Shown here piece after piece: positions 1 through 10,252 of a DNA stretch of 64,000 bases. The notes under the pieces are model-generated. The model was not told where the DNA came from and searched no databases. It worked only from the letters and a program-made list of their open reading frames with translations. Position 1 is the first letter of the stretch. Each line of letters begins with the position of its first letter. The DNA comes from an uncultured Marvinbryantia sp. (GTDB taxonomy: Bacteria > Bacillota > Clostridia > Lachnospirales > Lachnospiraceae): the NCBI GenBank assembly GCA_947630735.1, contig CANRIR010000009.1:543-64542 (forward strand), in the 5' to 3' direction. Position numbers and translations under genes: made by a program.

Positions 1-680
1 GCAAAATTCTCAAACATGATTTCCAGCCTGTCAATCCGTTTTTCTGTATGATAATGTCCGCAGTACCACTTACGGTATTCCAATCGTTTCTCTATTCGGT
101 CTAACCATTTTTCCGTAGATTTGTCTACCTTGCTCTGGTCAATCCCAGGAAGGAACATTTCTACCGGTTCATATTTCAGTGGTGTGGTGTGACTGAGTAC
201 CACATCCACCCTCCAGCCCAGGCCGTCGAGCTGCCTCTCCACATACTGCTTAATTTCATCCGAAGGCTGTTCGTCCGGCCACCAACCGTATCCGTAGATT
301 AGCCGTACCATTTTATCAATGCTGTAAGCACCGCCTATGACAATGGTCTGCCGCCCAATCAGATCGAAAACTTCCCCGTCTTTGGCAAAGAGCAGGGAGG
401 GGTATTCTTTCTCAAAATACACGGACCCGCCATGCCACATTTTCTCCTTATATGTTTCGATGGTTCCGGGCCTTTGCTCATGGTTCCCATGGATGCAGAA
501 AAATGTGATCGGCAGGGTTTCCAAATATTCCTTCTTCATTCTATCATGTCTGCCGCCACTGAAATTGATTCCGGCATCACCCAAGATAATCAGTATGTCC
601 TCTTTCGTAGTGCCCATTTTTTCACAAAATGTTTCCACACGGGCAAAGCTCCCGTGAGTATCACCTGTTATGTAGATCAT
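1..680 (-). CDS. Calcineurin-like metallophosphoesterase (3' end runs off the window; absent from the ORF track)
   Basis: Manual translation from ATG 680: MIYITGDTHG...ILGDAG...IHGNHE...LSHT...YCGHYH, i.e. the DxH, GD, GNH, H and GHxH metallophosphoesterase motifs; SD GAAAGGA upstream. Confidence 0.88.
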   Translation of the reverse strand, partial: MIYITGDTHGSFARVETFCEKMGTTKEDILIILGDAGINFSGGRHDRMKKEYLETLPITFFCIHGNHEQRPGTIETYKEKMWHGGSVYFEKEYPSLLFAKDGEVFDLIGRQTIVIGGAYSIDKMVRLIYGYGWWPDEQPSDEIKQYVERQLDGLGWRVDVVLSHTTPLKYEPVEMFLPGIDQSKVDKSTEKWLDRIEKRLEYRKWYCGHYHTEKRIDRLEIMFENF

Positions 681-884
681 GTTCTTTTCCTTTCTGAAAG
701 CCCGCAGTATGACAGGCATCCTTACCATATCATAGCATCATTGTACGCCGGACGAAAGATTCTTGAAAATATTCTAGAATAGCATAGATGTTATTTCAAA
801 TATAAAAGGGCATCCACCTGAAAAGATGAACAGCCCTTGATTTATACAAGATTCAATTTTATATACAAAGCAGTTTGCCGCTGT

Positions 885-1526
885 TTATGCCGCTTCCTGC
901 TGGTATCTCGTTGTTACATTGCCATCCTGGAACGGGTGGATGCAGAGGAAGTCCAAAATCACGCAGGGGATCAGCAGAAGCTGATTGATATTCGCGTCGT
1001 CCCGTGCTGCAAGATAGGCCAGTTCCAACTGTTCCATCGCTTTCGGTGTCTCTGCGGCGGAGGCCGGGCGGAACCGCACACGTCGATTGCCGTCTGCGTC
1101 CACTTCCAAGATCACGTTGTCGTCCGTCTTGTACTGCCCGCCGTATTCATAACCGGCAATGGACATCATCATCTCATGCAGACGGAGAATATCCCGCTGT
1201 GTAAAGTCGATATGGTCAAAGCCCAGGTGGATGACATTCAGTGCATCCCTATATCCGGCAATCTCTGCCTCATTGTGGTTTAGGGGTGCGCTGTTCTGAT
1301 TGACAATGGCGGCGATACGTTCGTCACTGGTGACGATTCCCTCAATGGCGTTGGAGCTTTTGATAGACTGCACCTTGGCGACCGCCTCCAGTTCCGTAAA
1401 AATATGTGCGTATTCCTCTTTTCGGACACCCGCCATGGTTTTAAGCGCCGAAATATTCGCGGTCAGATTCACAAGACCGGCCGGCAACAGCCCGTTATTC
1501 AAAAAAGAGTAATCAAAATTTCTCAT
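885..1526 (-). pseudogene. Fic/DOC family protein truncated within its catalytic motif
   Basis: SSNAIEG N-terminal motif; CIHPFQDGN is followed by VTTRYQQEAA-stop instead of GR...; likely start MRNFDY at 1526 with GGAGG SD. Confidence 0.8.
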
Positions 1527-1540
1527 ACTTCGCCCTCCGT

Positions 1541-1629
1541 TTCTGCACATTATTATATCGGTTTATATGCAAAAAATCAAGAGAGTGGTCGGATTTTCTG
1601 CACATAATTCGGCCATAGTATATGCAGAT
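1541..1629. promoter_or_regulatory. sigmaA-like promoter of fic overlapped by two 34-bp imperfect palindromes
   Basis: Minus-strand TTGATT(1580-1575)-N17-TATAAT(1557-1552); TTCTGCACAT-N14-ATATGCAnA at 1541-1574 and 1596-1629. Confidence 0.65.
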
Positions 1630-1727
1630 ACGAATATGGGCTATGCAGAACCCGCGCAGCATACAGCGCACACGCAGCGCGCAGCCGTCAGCAGCCTGTC
1701 ATGCGAAGCCGCATCCTTGGCAGCCCG

Positions 1728-3008
1728 TCACGCATTTTCCAGCGCCTGCTCCAGATCCGCCAGCAGATCTTCCACGTTCTCGATACCCACCGAGAGGCGG
1801 ATCATGCCCGGGGAGACTCCCGCCGCTTTCAGCTGCTCGTCGTTCATCTGGCGGTGGGTGTGGCTTGCCGGGTGGAGTACGCCGGTGCGTGCGTCCGCCA
1901 CATGGGTCACGATGGCGGCCAGCTTCAGGCTATCCATAAAACGCACCGCGGCCTCGCGGCCGCCCTTCAGCTCGAAGGAGATGACGCCGCAGGTTCCCTT
2001 CGGCATGTATTTCTGCGCCAGCGCGTGGTATTTGTCCCCCGGAAGCCCGGCGTAGTTCACGTGGCTCACTTTCTCGTGTGCGTTCAGATATTCGGCGATG
2101 CGCCCCGCGTTGTAGCAGTGGCGCTCCACCCGCAGGGCCAGCGTCTCCAGCCCCACGTTCAGCAGGAAGCTGTTCATGGGCGAGGGGATGGCTCCCAGGT
2201 CGCGCATCAGCTGCACGGTGGCCTTGGTAATATAGGCCTTCTTGCCGAATTTTTTGGTGTATACGATGCCGTGATAGGATTCATCCGGCTCGGTCAGCCC
2301 GCTGTATTTTCCGCCGCAGGCGTCCCAGTCAAAATTGCCGCTGTCCACGATGGCACCTCCCACCTGCATGGCGTGGCCGTCCATGTATTTGGTGGTGGAG
2401 TGCACCACGATGTCCGCGCCCCACTCGAAGGGCCGGCAGTTGATGGGGGTGGCAAAGGTGTTGTCCACGATGAGCGGAACCTGGTGCGCGTGCGCGATGC
2501 GGGCAAATTTTTCAATGTCCAGGATGACCAGCGCCGGGTTTGCGATCGTCTCCGCGAACAGCACTTTGGTGTTCGGCTGAAACGCCGCCGCGATGGTCTG
2601 CTCATCCGCGTCCGCGTCCACAAAGGTGCAGGAAATGCCCATCTTCTTCAAGGTGGAGTAAAACAGGTTGTGGGTGCCGCCGTAGATGGTGGCCGCCGCC
2701 ACGATGTGGTCCCCCGCCTCGCAGATGTTCGCCACCGCGTAGAAATTGGCCGCCTGCCCGGAGCTTGTGAGCACCGCCGCCACGCCGCCCTCCAGATCCG
2801 CGATCTTCGCCGCCACCGCGTCGTTGGTGGGGTTCTGCACGCGGGTGTAAAAATACCCGCTGTCCTCCAGGTCGAACAGCCTGCCCATCTCGTCCGTGGT
2901 GTCGTATTTAAACGTGGTGCTCTGGATGATCGGCAGGATCCTGGGCTCGCCCCTCTTGGGGATCCAGCCCGACTGGATGCATTTTGTCTCTGCTCTGTAA
3001 TTGCTCAT
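1728..3008 (-). CDS. metY: O-acetylhomoserine aminocarboxypropyltransferase (sulfhydrylase), PLP-dependent
   Basis: YTRVQNPT, DNTFATP, HSTTKYMDGH (PLP lysine), HPASHTHRQ, IRLSVGIE. Confidence 0.9.
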   Translation of the reverse strand: MSNYRAETKCIQSGWIPKRGEPRILPIIQSTTFKYDTTDEMGRLFDLEDSGYFYTRVQNPTNDAVAAKIADLEGGVAAVLTSSGQAANFYAVANICEAGDHIVAAATIYGGTHNLFYSTLKKMGISCTFVDADADEQTIAAAFQPNTKVLFAETIANPALVILDIEKFARIAHAHQVPLIVDNTFATPINCRPFEWGADIVVHSTTKYMDGHAMQVGGAIVDSGNFDWDACGGKYSGLTEPDESYHGIVYTKKFGKKAYITKATVQLMRDLGAIPSPMNSFLLNVGLETLALRVERHCYNAGRIAEYLNAHEKVSHVNYAGLPGDKYHALAQKYMPKGTCGVISFELKGGREAAVRFMDSLKLAAIVTHVADARTGVLHPASHTHRQMNDEQLKAAGVSPGMIRLSVGIENVEDLLADLEQALENA

Positions 3009-3135
3009 ATTATTCTCTCCGTTTCTTTATAAAATTTTCTCTCTGCAAAGTTCACTCTTCCGAAAGAAGCCTGCTGTGCCGTCTGGTCATAAAAACCACA
3101 GTTCCCGGCGCTGCCAGGTGCCGGACAAAAGAAGG

Positions 3136-4989
3136 CTACTGTACAGCCTGGTCATAAAAGCCCTCTATGCGGTGCTTTACGTCCGACAAGTGATTGTAGG
3201 TCAGGATGTTGTACGCGTTCAGCTGCTCTTTTACCAGCTCCTCGCCCTCATTGAAGCGGTACCGGGTGCCGTCCCCGGTCATGACCATGTTTGCGGTGAT
3301 AGCCGGAATCTGTGTGCGCAGCTCCTTCAGGTATGTCTGGTAGCCGGTCAGCGGGATGCCCGCCTTCTCAAACAGCAGGGAACTCAGGTAGTTCACGCTG
3401 ACGGCGTCCACCTCTTCCTCCTCGATGTCGTAGTTCGCCCACATGACAAAGGGCACGATGTAGTTGTTGAAATACCCCTCGTCGGAGGTCTCCCGGTCGA
3501 TGCCCAGAAGGCGGAAGATGACATTGGTCACGTAGTCCGACGGCTGATGGTCGCCGAACATCAGCACGATGGTCTTCTCGTCCGTTTCGCGGAAATAGTT
3601 TACCAGCATCTCGAAGGCGCGGTCGCTCTCCAGCATCAGCGTCAGATATTTTTCCGCCGCCCGCACCTGGGTAGTCTTATTTTTCAGTTCCGTCAGATGG
3701 ATGGTCTCCTCGAAGCCCTCCACGTCCTTGCTGTACCCGCCGTGGTTCTGCATGGTCACCTCAAAGGCAAAGAGGTTTTCGCCCTCCGGTTTTTCCTCGA
3801 ACAGCTGGATGATCTTGTTGAACGCCGAGTTGTCGCTGATATAATTGCGGATCAGCAGCGGGTTTATAAAGTCGTTGCGGAACAGAGCGCGGTCGAACCC
3901 GAACCAGGGGTACACCTTGTTGCGCGCCCAGCCGGAGGCGTTGTAGGGATGTATGGCCACGGTCTGGTAGCCGAGGTTTTTCAGGTAGCTGGCCAGGGTG
4001 GGCATATCCCCCTTGATGTACTGCTGGTAGGGCACGCTGCCCGCCGGGAGGAACGCCATGGTGTCCCCGGTCAGGAATTCATACTCGGAGTTTGCCGTAT
4101 TGCCCCCCTTCACGGAGACATAGCAGTTCCCCTTTACCGTGTTCTCCTGCAGGGAGTGGATGAAGGGCATATAATCGAAGTCTGTCTCGAAGTCGCCGAA
4201 CACGCCCAGGTCTGAGAAAGCCTCGTTCATGATGACCACCACGTTGGGGAGCTCCTCATCCGTGCCCTTCTGCGCGGTTTTCTGCACAGTTTCAGTTTCC
4301 TGCGCAAGGGTCGTCTTCGCCTCCTCCTCGGCCGCCTCCGGGGAATAGCCGTCCGGCTGCTGCACCATCAGGAATTTCAGGTTTCCGAGAAAGCCCGCCG
4401 CGATGCCGTTGTTGCGGTACAGCACGTTGGGCGTAAAAAGCGTGGTGTCGAGGCCGAAGGTCTCCACCGCCGCGTCGGTGCCGACATATTTTATGTAGCC
4501 GAACATGCCCGCCGCCGATAAGACAAGGCACAGCAGGCGCACCCGCAGGTCTTTTACCTTCAGGCCGATCCTGCTGCCGATCAGGCAGATGAGCACAAAG
4601 CCCAGGACCACGCCCGCCAGTTTCCCGGTGATCTTATATTCAAAGTTTCCCGCCACGGAGGCCGCCGTGCGGATGGAATAGAAATCCCAGGGCACGATGG
4701 GCGCGGACCGGAAGTCCACCACGAAATAGTTTGCCAGCCCGAACAGCATGGGCAGGAGCGGCGCAGCCGCGTATCCCGCGGACGCACTCCCGAACAGGAA
4801 GGTAAACAGGGCGAACAGCAGGTAGTAAAAGCCCAGGTTCAGAAAAAAGATGGGCACCGACAGATCCCAGGGCACGTGGGTGTAAAACTCCAGACAGATG
4901 AGCGTCAGCACGGGCAGAAGGATCAGCAGGATGAGATTGACCGCCAGAGATCTGATGCGGTATTTAAAAATCTTTTTTACTTTCTCCAT
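3136..4989 (-). CDS. LTA synthase family (sulfatase-fold) membrane protein
   Basis: N-terminal hydrophobic helices; NEAFSD, GGNTANSEYE (catalytic Thr), TMQNH, FGDHQP. Confidence 0.88.
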   Translation of the reverse strand: MEKVKKIFKYRIRSLAVNLILLILLPVLTLICLEFYTHVPWDLSVPIFFLNLGFYYLLFALFTFLFGSASAGYAAAPLLPMLFGLANYFVVDFRSAPIVPWDFYSIRTAASVAGNFEYKITGKLAGVVLGFVLICLIGSRIGLKVKDLRVRLLCLVLSAAGMFGYIKYVGTDAAVETFGLDTTLFTPNVLYRNNGIAAGFLGNLKFLMVQQPDGYSPEAAEEEAKTTLAQETETVQKTAQKGTDEELPNVVVIMNEAFSDLGVFGDFETDFDYMPFIHSLQENTVKGNCYVSVKGGNTANSEYEFLTGDTMAFLPAGSVPYQQYIKGDMPTLASYLKNLGYQTVAIHPYNASGWARNKVYPWFGFDRALFRNDFINPLLIRNYISDNSAFNKIIQLFEEKPEGENLFAFEVTMQNHGGYSKDVEGFEETIHLTELKNKTTQVRAAEKYLTLMLESDRAFEMLVNYFRETDEKTIVLMFGDHQPSDYVTNVIFRLLGIDRETSDEGYFNNYIVPFVMWANYDIEEEEVDAVSVNYLSSLLFEKAGIPLTGYQTYLKELRTQIPAITANMVMTGDGTRYRFNEGEELVKEQLNAYNILTYNHLSDVKHRIEGFYDQAVQ

Positions 4990-5006
4990 GATCTGTCCCT
5001 CTTCGC

Positions 5007-5867
5007 CTACTTGTTTTCAGGCGCTTTCACATGCTCGTGCGTAAACAGGTGGTCCTGGCAGTACTCGTAGTTTCCCGCGCACTTGGAACAGTAGCGGAAT
5101 TCCAGATGTTCCCCGTCCTGCTCGGTCCTGCCGCACACCGCGCACTTGTGGTGCGTCCCCTGCTCTGCCTTTGCCCTGGAGGGGGCCACGGCCTTCTTAA
5201 ACTCCCGCCTGCGCTGCTGCTCCTTGGGCGAGTAGCGGTGCAGGTTGCGCGTGCTCAAAAAGAACACGATGAAGTTGAGAATGGACGCCAGGATGACCAC
5301 CTTGCCCGGCCAGCCGGTCTGCAGGAAGGAGATGAGCAGCATGACGCCGTAGAAAATGCCCAGCCACTTCATCTTGATGGGGATGAAGAAATACAGCAGC
5401 ACTTCCGCGTTGGGATAGGTGGCCGTGAAGGCCAGCAAAATGGAGGTGCTGATGTAGTAGGTGCTGAAAGCGCCGCCCATGGAGGGCAGGATGGACGGAT
5501 AGATCAGGCGCAGAATACCGTACAGCAAAAACGCGCCCAGCACGGTAAAGACGACGCCCGACAGAATGTACAGGTTGTAGCGGAACGCACCCCAGGTGCG
5601 CTCCAGGGTGGTGCCCACCGAGTAATAAAAATACAGCATGATGATGGTAAACAGCCCCAGCTGCGAGGGCGGCACCAGGATCCAGGAGACCAGCCTCCAC
5701 ACCTGGCCGCGCAGGATGTACATGGGCTCCAGGGTCAGATAGCCGATGATGGACGGGCTCAAAGCCTGCATAATATAGCCTGCCGCGTAGAGTGCGATGA
5801 TGTACGCCGACAGGTTCCGGACGGCATAACGGCCGAATTTTCGTTCCAGTTTCATGATCCACTTCAT
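5007..5867 (-). CDS. Rhomboid/Derlin-like membrane protein with C-terminal Cys/His zinc finger
   Basis: GQVWRL motif, multiple TM segments, C-terminal HKCAVC...CSKC...YCQDHLFTHEH. Confidence 0.7.
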   Translation of the reverse strand: MKWIMKLERKFGRYAVRNLSAYIIALYAAGYIMQALSPSIIGYLTLEPMYILRGQVWRLVSWILVPPSQLGLFTIIMLYFYYSVGTTLERTWGAFRYNLYILSGVVFTVLGAFLLYGILRLIYPSILPSMGGAFSTYYISTSILLAFTATYPNAEVLLYFFIPIKMKWLGIFYGVMLLISFLQTGWPGKVVILASILNFIVFFLSTRNLHRYSPKEQQRRREFKKAVAPSRAKAEQGTHHKCAVCGRTEQDGEHLEFRYCSKCAGNYEYCQDHLFTHEHVKAPENK

Positions 5868-5950
5868 AATTTTTCACCTTTTCTTTGACTGGTACTTACG
5901 TTTACCTATTATAAAATTATACGCAAAATTTGTCAATGAAACCAAAGAAC

Positions 5951-5979
5951 TTTACAATTTTTTCACAATCCGATATACT
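5951..5979 (+). promoter_or_regulatory. sigmaA-like promoter of aroC
   Basis: TTTACA-N17-TATACT upstream of GGAGG SD. Confidence 0.55.
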
Positions 5980-6008
5980 GGGAATACATCATATCGGAGG
6001 TATTCACT

Positions 6009-7115
6009 ATGGCAGGTTCCACATTCGGAAAAATATTTCAGATCACCACATGGGGGGAATCCCACGGCAGCGCCATCGGCGTCGTGGTGGACGGCTGTCC
6101 GGCCGGCCTTCCCCTGAAGGAGGAAGACATCCAGGTATTTCTCGACCGGCGCAAGCCCGGCCAGTCCATATACGCCACGCCGCGTAAAGAGGACGACGCG
6201 GTGGAGATCCTCTCCGGCGTGTTTGAGGGGAAGACCACGGGCTGCCCCATCTCTATGCTCGTGCGCAACACCTCCATGCGCTCCGCGGATTACAGCGAGA
6301 TCGCAGATTACTACCGTCCCGGCCACGCGGACTACACGTTCGACGCAAAATACGGCTTCCGCGACTACCGCGGGGGCGGGCGCTCCTCCGCCCGCGAGAC
6401 CATCGGCAGGGTGGCTGCCGGGGCCGTTGCATCCAAGATCCTGGAGCGCCTGGGCATCCATCTGACGGCCTACACCCGCTCCATCGGCCCGGTAAAGATC
6501 GACCCCGCGCGGTTTGACCCGTCGCAGATCCGCCAAAATCCGTTCCATATGCCGGATGAGCAGGCCGCGAAGCTTGCGGCGGACTTTCTGGACGGATGCC
6601 GCAAAAACGGCGACTCGGCCGGCGGCGTGGTGGAGTGCATCGCGGACGGCATGATCCCGGGCCTGGGCGATCCGGTGTTCGACAAGCTGAGCGCCAATCT
6701 GGCAAAGGCCATATGCTCCATAGGGGCCGTCAAATCGTTTGAGATCGGCGATGGCATTGCCGTCTCCAGGGCCCTGGGCAGCGAGAACAACGACAGCTTC
6801 ATCCCCTGCGAACAGGGCATAAAAAAAGCCACCAACCACTCTGGCGGCCTGTTGGGCGGCATCAGCGACGGAAGCCGCCTGCTGCTCCGCGCCGGCATCA
6901 AGCCGACGCCCTCCATCTCCCATCCCCAGCAAACGGTCACGCGGGACGGGCAGCCCATCGAGGTGAGCGTGCGGGGACGCCACGATCCGGTGGTGGTGCC
7001 CCGCGCGGTGGTGGTGGTCGAGTCCATGACCGCCATTGTGCTGGCGGACGCACTGCTCGCCAACATGACCGCGCGGATGGACGGCGTGGAGCGTTTCTAT
7101 GCCCGGCGAAGCTAG
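6009..7115 (+). CDS. aroC: Chorismate synthase
   Basis: GESHG, RPGHAD, RGGGRSSARET, GRHDP signatures. Confidence 0.97.
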   Translation: MAGSTFGKIFQITTWGESHGSAIGVVVDGCPAGLPLKEEDIQVFLDRRKPGQSIYATPRKEDDAVEILSGVFEGKTTGCPISMLVRNTSMRSADYSEIADYYRPGHADYTFDAKYGFRDYRGGGRSSARETIGRVAAGAVASKILERLGIHLTAYTRSIGPVKIDPARFDPSQIRQNPFHMPDEQAAKLAADFLDGCRKNGDSAGGVVECIADGMIPGLGDPVFDKLSANLAKAICSIGAVKSFEIGDGIAVSRALGSENNDSFIPCEQGIKKATNHSGGLLGGISDGSRLLLRAGIKPTPSISHPQQTVTRDGQPIEVSVRGRHDPVVVPRAVVVVESMTAIVLADALLANMTARMDGVERFYARRS

Positions 7116-7143
7116 GCGGCGAAGCGCTGCGGCGCGTTTCTTC

Positions 7144-8205
7144 TCATTCCCCTTCCACTTTGGAGATTAAAATGCAGTTGGGCGTGTCGATCTTGATGGG
7201 ACGCCCTTTCATCACGATGATCTTTTTCTCATAGTCGATGGTAAAGAAGCGGATCTCGTTGGACTCGTGGTTTAAGGTTACCAGGGTCTTCTCATCCGGG
7301 AACACGTCGATGTCCTTGGGGTATTTTCCGCTGATGGGCAGGGAGCAGATCAGCTTTAAGGTGCCGAGCTTCTGGTCGATGTCGTAAATGCTCACGCTGT
7401 TGTCCCCCGCCGTGGAGCAGTACAGGTACCTGCCGCTGGGAGAGACACGCAGGCCGGAGCTTGCGCAGCCCCTCTCCTGCTTATCCATCCTGGAATCCAC
7501 CTTCTGGATCAGCTCAAATTTTGGAATCTTCCCGCTGCCGTCGTAGGTGTAGACCAGGATCTCATTGCTCAATTCGCAGTTCACATAGGCGAACCGTCCG
7601 TCTTTCCCAAAGCGGATCAGCCTGGGCCCGGACTCCAGCTCGCAGCGCACCACATCCAGCAGTTTCAGCTTGCCGCTGGTCGGGTTTACCTGGTAGATGT
7701 TGATGTGATCGATGCCGCTGTCCACCACGCAGAGGAACTTTCCGTCCGGCGTGGGCATCACGCAGCTGATGTGGGGGCGGAAATTCCGCTCCGCAACGCT
7801 GAAAATGCTCTTGTGGAAAATGCCGTCCATAACGCTGCCGAGCCTCCCGTCCCGGTGGGTGTGCACCACGGTCACTTTTCCGTCGTGGTACCCCGCCACA
7901 AAGAGGAATCTGCCCTGCTGGTCGGTGGAGAGGAAACAGCCGCGCATGCCGTCTATGCCCACCTTGTTGATGGCGGTCAGATCCCCGGTCTTCGGGTCGA
8001 TCTTCAGCACCTCCACGCCCTCGTCCGCGATGGAGTAGAGATATTTCCCGTTGGTCGATTTGGTCAGATGAGAGGCGTTGTTTACCGGAACCACGTCCCG
8101 CTCCGTCATATATCCGTTTTCCACATCCAGATCATATACGTGGACGCCCACGCTGCTCCCGTGCGTGTACGTGCCCACATATGCCACATATTTATCCTGT
8201 CCCAT
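7144..8205 (-). CDS. Lactonase family beta-propeller (6-phosphogluconolactonase-like)
   Basis: YVGTYT start, GPR, repeated (T/S)PDG blades. Confidence 0.82.
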   Translation of the reverse strand: MGQDKYVAYVGTYTHGSSVGVHVYDLDVENGYMTERDVVPVNNASHLTKSTNGKYLYSIADEGVEVLKIDPKTGDLTAINKVGIDGMRGCFLSTDQQGRFLFVAGYHDGKVTVVHTHRDGRLGSVMDGIFHKSIFSVAERNFRPHISCVMPTPDGKFLCVVDSGIDHINIYQVNPTSGKLKLLDVVRCELESGPRLIRFGKDGRFAYVNCELSNEILVYTYDGSGKIPKFELIQKVDSRMDKQERGCASSGLRVSPSGRYLYCSTAGDNSVSIYDIDQKLGTLKLICSLPISGKYPKDIDVFPDEKTLVTLNHESNEIRFFTIDYEKKIIVMKGRPIKIDTPNCILISKVEGE

Positions 8206-8306
8206 GTTTTATCCTTTCCCGGACTTATCGCTCCGAACATGTTTGCTACCACGATGATAGCATATTTTTTTCTGTTTGTTAATGGTTTTTTTTATTTCCC
8301 CTTCTA

Positions 8307-8335
8307 TTGACGATATTCTTCAAATTCGGTATACT
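8307..8335 (+). promoter_or_regulatory. sigmaA-like promoter of pot operon
   Basis: TTGACG-N17-TATACT. Confidence 0.7.
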
Positions 8336-8373
8336 GTATATAATTTGTCTGAATCTTTACGGGAGGTGCGCTG

Positions 8374-9447
8374 ATGAGCAACAAACTGATCGATCTTTCC
8401 AATATCTCCAAGGCCTACGGCGGCCACACGGTGCTGGACGAGCTGAATCTGTATATCCGGGAAAATGAATTTCTCACGCTGCTGGGCCCAAGCGGATGCG
8501 GCAAGACCACCACTCTGCGCATCATCGGCGGCTTTGAGACCCCGGATTCCGGCCAGGTCATCTTCGACGGGCAGGACATCACGCACCTGCCGCCGAACAA
8601 GCGCCAGCTGAACACGGTGTTCCAGAAATACGCGCTCTTCTCCCACATGAGCGTCGCGGAGAACATCGCCTTCGGCCTGAAGATCAAGAACAAGAGCAGA
8701 CAGTACATAGACGACAAGATCAAATACGCCTTAAAGCTGGTCAACCTGGAGGGGTATGAGAACCGCTCGCCGGAATCCCTGAGCGGCGGCCAGCAGCAGC
8801 GCATCGCCATCGCCCGCGCCATCGTGAACGAGCCGAAGGTGCTGCTCCTGGACGAGCCTTTAGGGGCCCTGGACTTAAAACTGCGCCAGGACATGCAGTA
8901 TGAGCTGATCCGCATGAAAAAGGAGCTCGGCATCACGTTTGTCTACGTGACCCACGACCAGGAGGAGGCCCTTACCATGTCCGACACCATCGTGGTCATG
9001 AACCAGGGCTACATCCAGCAGATCGGCACGCCGGAGAAGATCTACAACGAGCCGGAAAACGCCTTCGTGGCGGATTTTATCGGCGACAGCAACATCCTGC
9101 CCGGCATTATGGTGGAGGACCGCCTGGTCAATATCCTGGGCGCGACGTTCCAGTGCGTGGACGAGGGCTTCGGCAAGAACACGCCGGTGGACGTGGTCAT
9201 CCGCCCGGAGGACGTGGATCTGGTAAAACCCGAGGACGGCACCATCCGCGGCGTCGTCACGCATCTGATCTTTAAGGGCGTCCACTATGAGATGGAAGTG
9301 ACGGCGAACAACTACGAGTGGCTGGTGCACAGCTACGAGATGTTCCCCGTCGGCACCGAGGTGGGCATCCGCGTGGTGCCCTTCGACATCCAGATCATGA
9401 ACAAGCCCATATCGGAGGACGAGGAGGCGGTAAACCTTGAAGCGTAG
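8374..9447 (+). CDS. potA: Spermidine/putrescine ABC transporter ATP-binding subunit
   Basis: [35 protein letters not shown]. Confidence 0.93.
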   Translation: MSNKLIDLSNISKAYGGHTVLDELNLYIRENEFLTLLGPSGCGKTTTLRIIGGFETPDSGQVIFDGQDITHLPPNKRQLNTVFQKYALFSHMSVAENIAFGLKIKNKSRQYIDDKIKYALKLVNLEGYENRSPESLSGGQQQRIAIARAIVNEPKVLLLDEPLGALDLKLRQDMQYELIRMKKELGITFVYVTHDQEEALTMSDTIVVMNQGYIQQIGTPEKIYNEPENAFVADFIGDSNILPGIMVEDRLVNILGATFQCVDEGFGKNTPVDVVIRPEDVDLVKPEDGTIRGVVTHLIFKGVHYEMEVTANNYEWLVHSYEMFPVGTEVGIRVVPFDIQIMNKPISEDEEAVNLEA

Positions 9448-10252
9448 ACGGCTGCTTGCCGGCCCGTATCTCTTCTGGTCGGTTTCTTTTATCATCATCC
9501 CGCTGTTTCTGATCGTCTGGTACGGCCTGACCAGCGCGGACGGCGGCTTTACCCTGCAAAATATCGCAAAGATCACCACGCCGGAGAACCTGAAGGCTCT
9601 CGGGCTGTCCCTGCTGCTGGCTTTTCTCTGCACGGTCATCTGTCTGCTGCTGGCCTATCCCCTGGCCATGATCCTGAGCCAGTCCAGCTTAAGCCAGTCC
9701 AGCTTTATCGTGCTGATCTTCATTCTCCCCATGTGGATGAATTTTCTGCTGCGCACCCTGGCCTGGCAGACACTGCTGGAAAAGAACGGCGTCATCAACC
9801 AGGTGCTCGCTCTTCTGCACCTGCCCGCCATCGACATCATCAACACGCCCTACGCCATCGTGCTGGGCATGGTCTACGACTTTCTGCCCTTCATGGTGCT
9901 CCCCATCTACAACGTGCTGGTCAAGCTGGACCAGGATATGGTGAACGCCGCCCGCGACCTGGGTGCCAACAGCGTGCAGACGTTCTTAAAGATCATCCTG
10001 CCCCAGAGCGTTCCCGGCATCATCAGCGGCATTACCATGGTGTTTGTGCCGGCCATGACCACGTTTGTCATCTCCGACCTCCTGGGCGGCGGCAAGGTGC
10101 TGCTCATCGGCAACGTGATCGAGCAGACCTTCAAGCAGGGGAACAACTGGAACCTGGGCTCCGGCCTCTCCCTGGTTCTGATGGTGTTCGTCATCGCCAG
10201 CATGGGGATCGTGAACAAATACGACAAAGATGAGACGGGAGGTGCGTTCTGA
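9437..10252 (+). CDS. potB: Spermidine/putrescine ABC permease
   Basis: TM helices, [16 protein letters not shown] loop; overlaps potA (TTG start). Confidence 0.9.
   Translation: MKRRRLLAGPYLFWSVSFIIIPLFLIVWYGLTSADGGFTLQNIAKITTPENLKALGLSLLLAFLCTVICLLLAYPLAMILSQSSLSQSSFIVLIFILPMWMNFLLRTLAWQTLLEKNGVINQVLALLHLPAIDIINTPYAIVLGMVYDFLPFMVLPIYNVLVKLDQDMVNAARDLGANSVQTFLKIILPQSVPGIISGITMVFVPAMTTFVISDLLGGGKVLLIGNVIEQTFKQGNNWNLGSGLSLVLMVFVIASMGIVNKYDKDETGGAF

Noticed and set aside
3009-3135. SAM riboswitch or T-box upstream of metY
   Set aside because: No AUC..GAG/GCAACC/GUGC S-box core and no UGGNACC antiterminator found in this short spacer.
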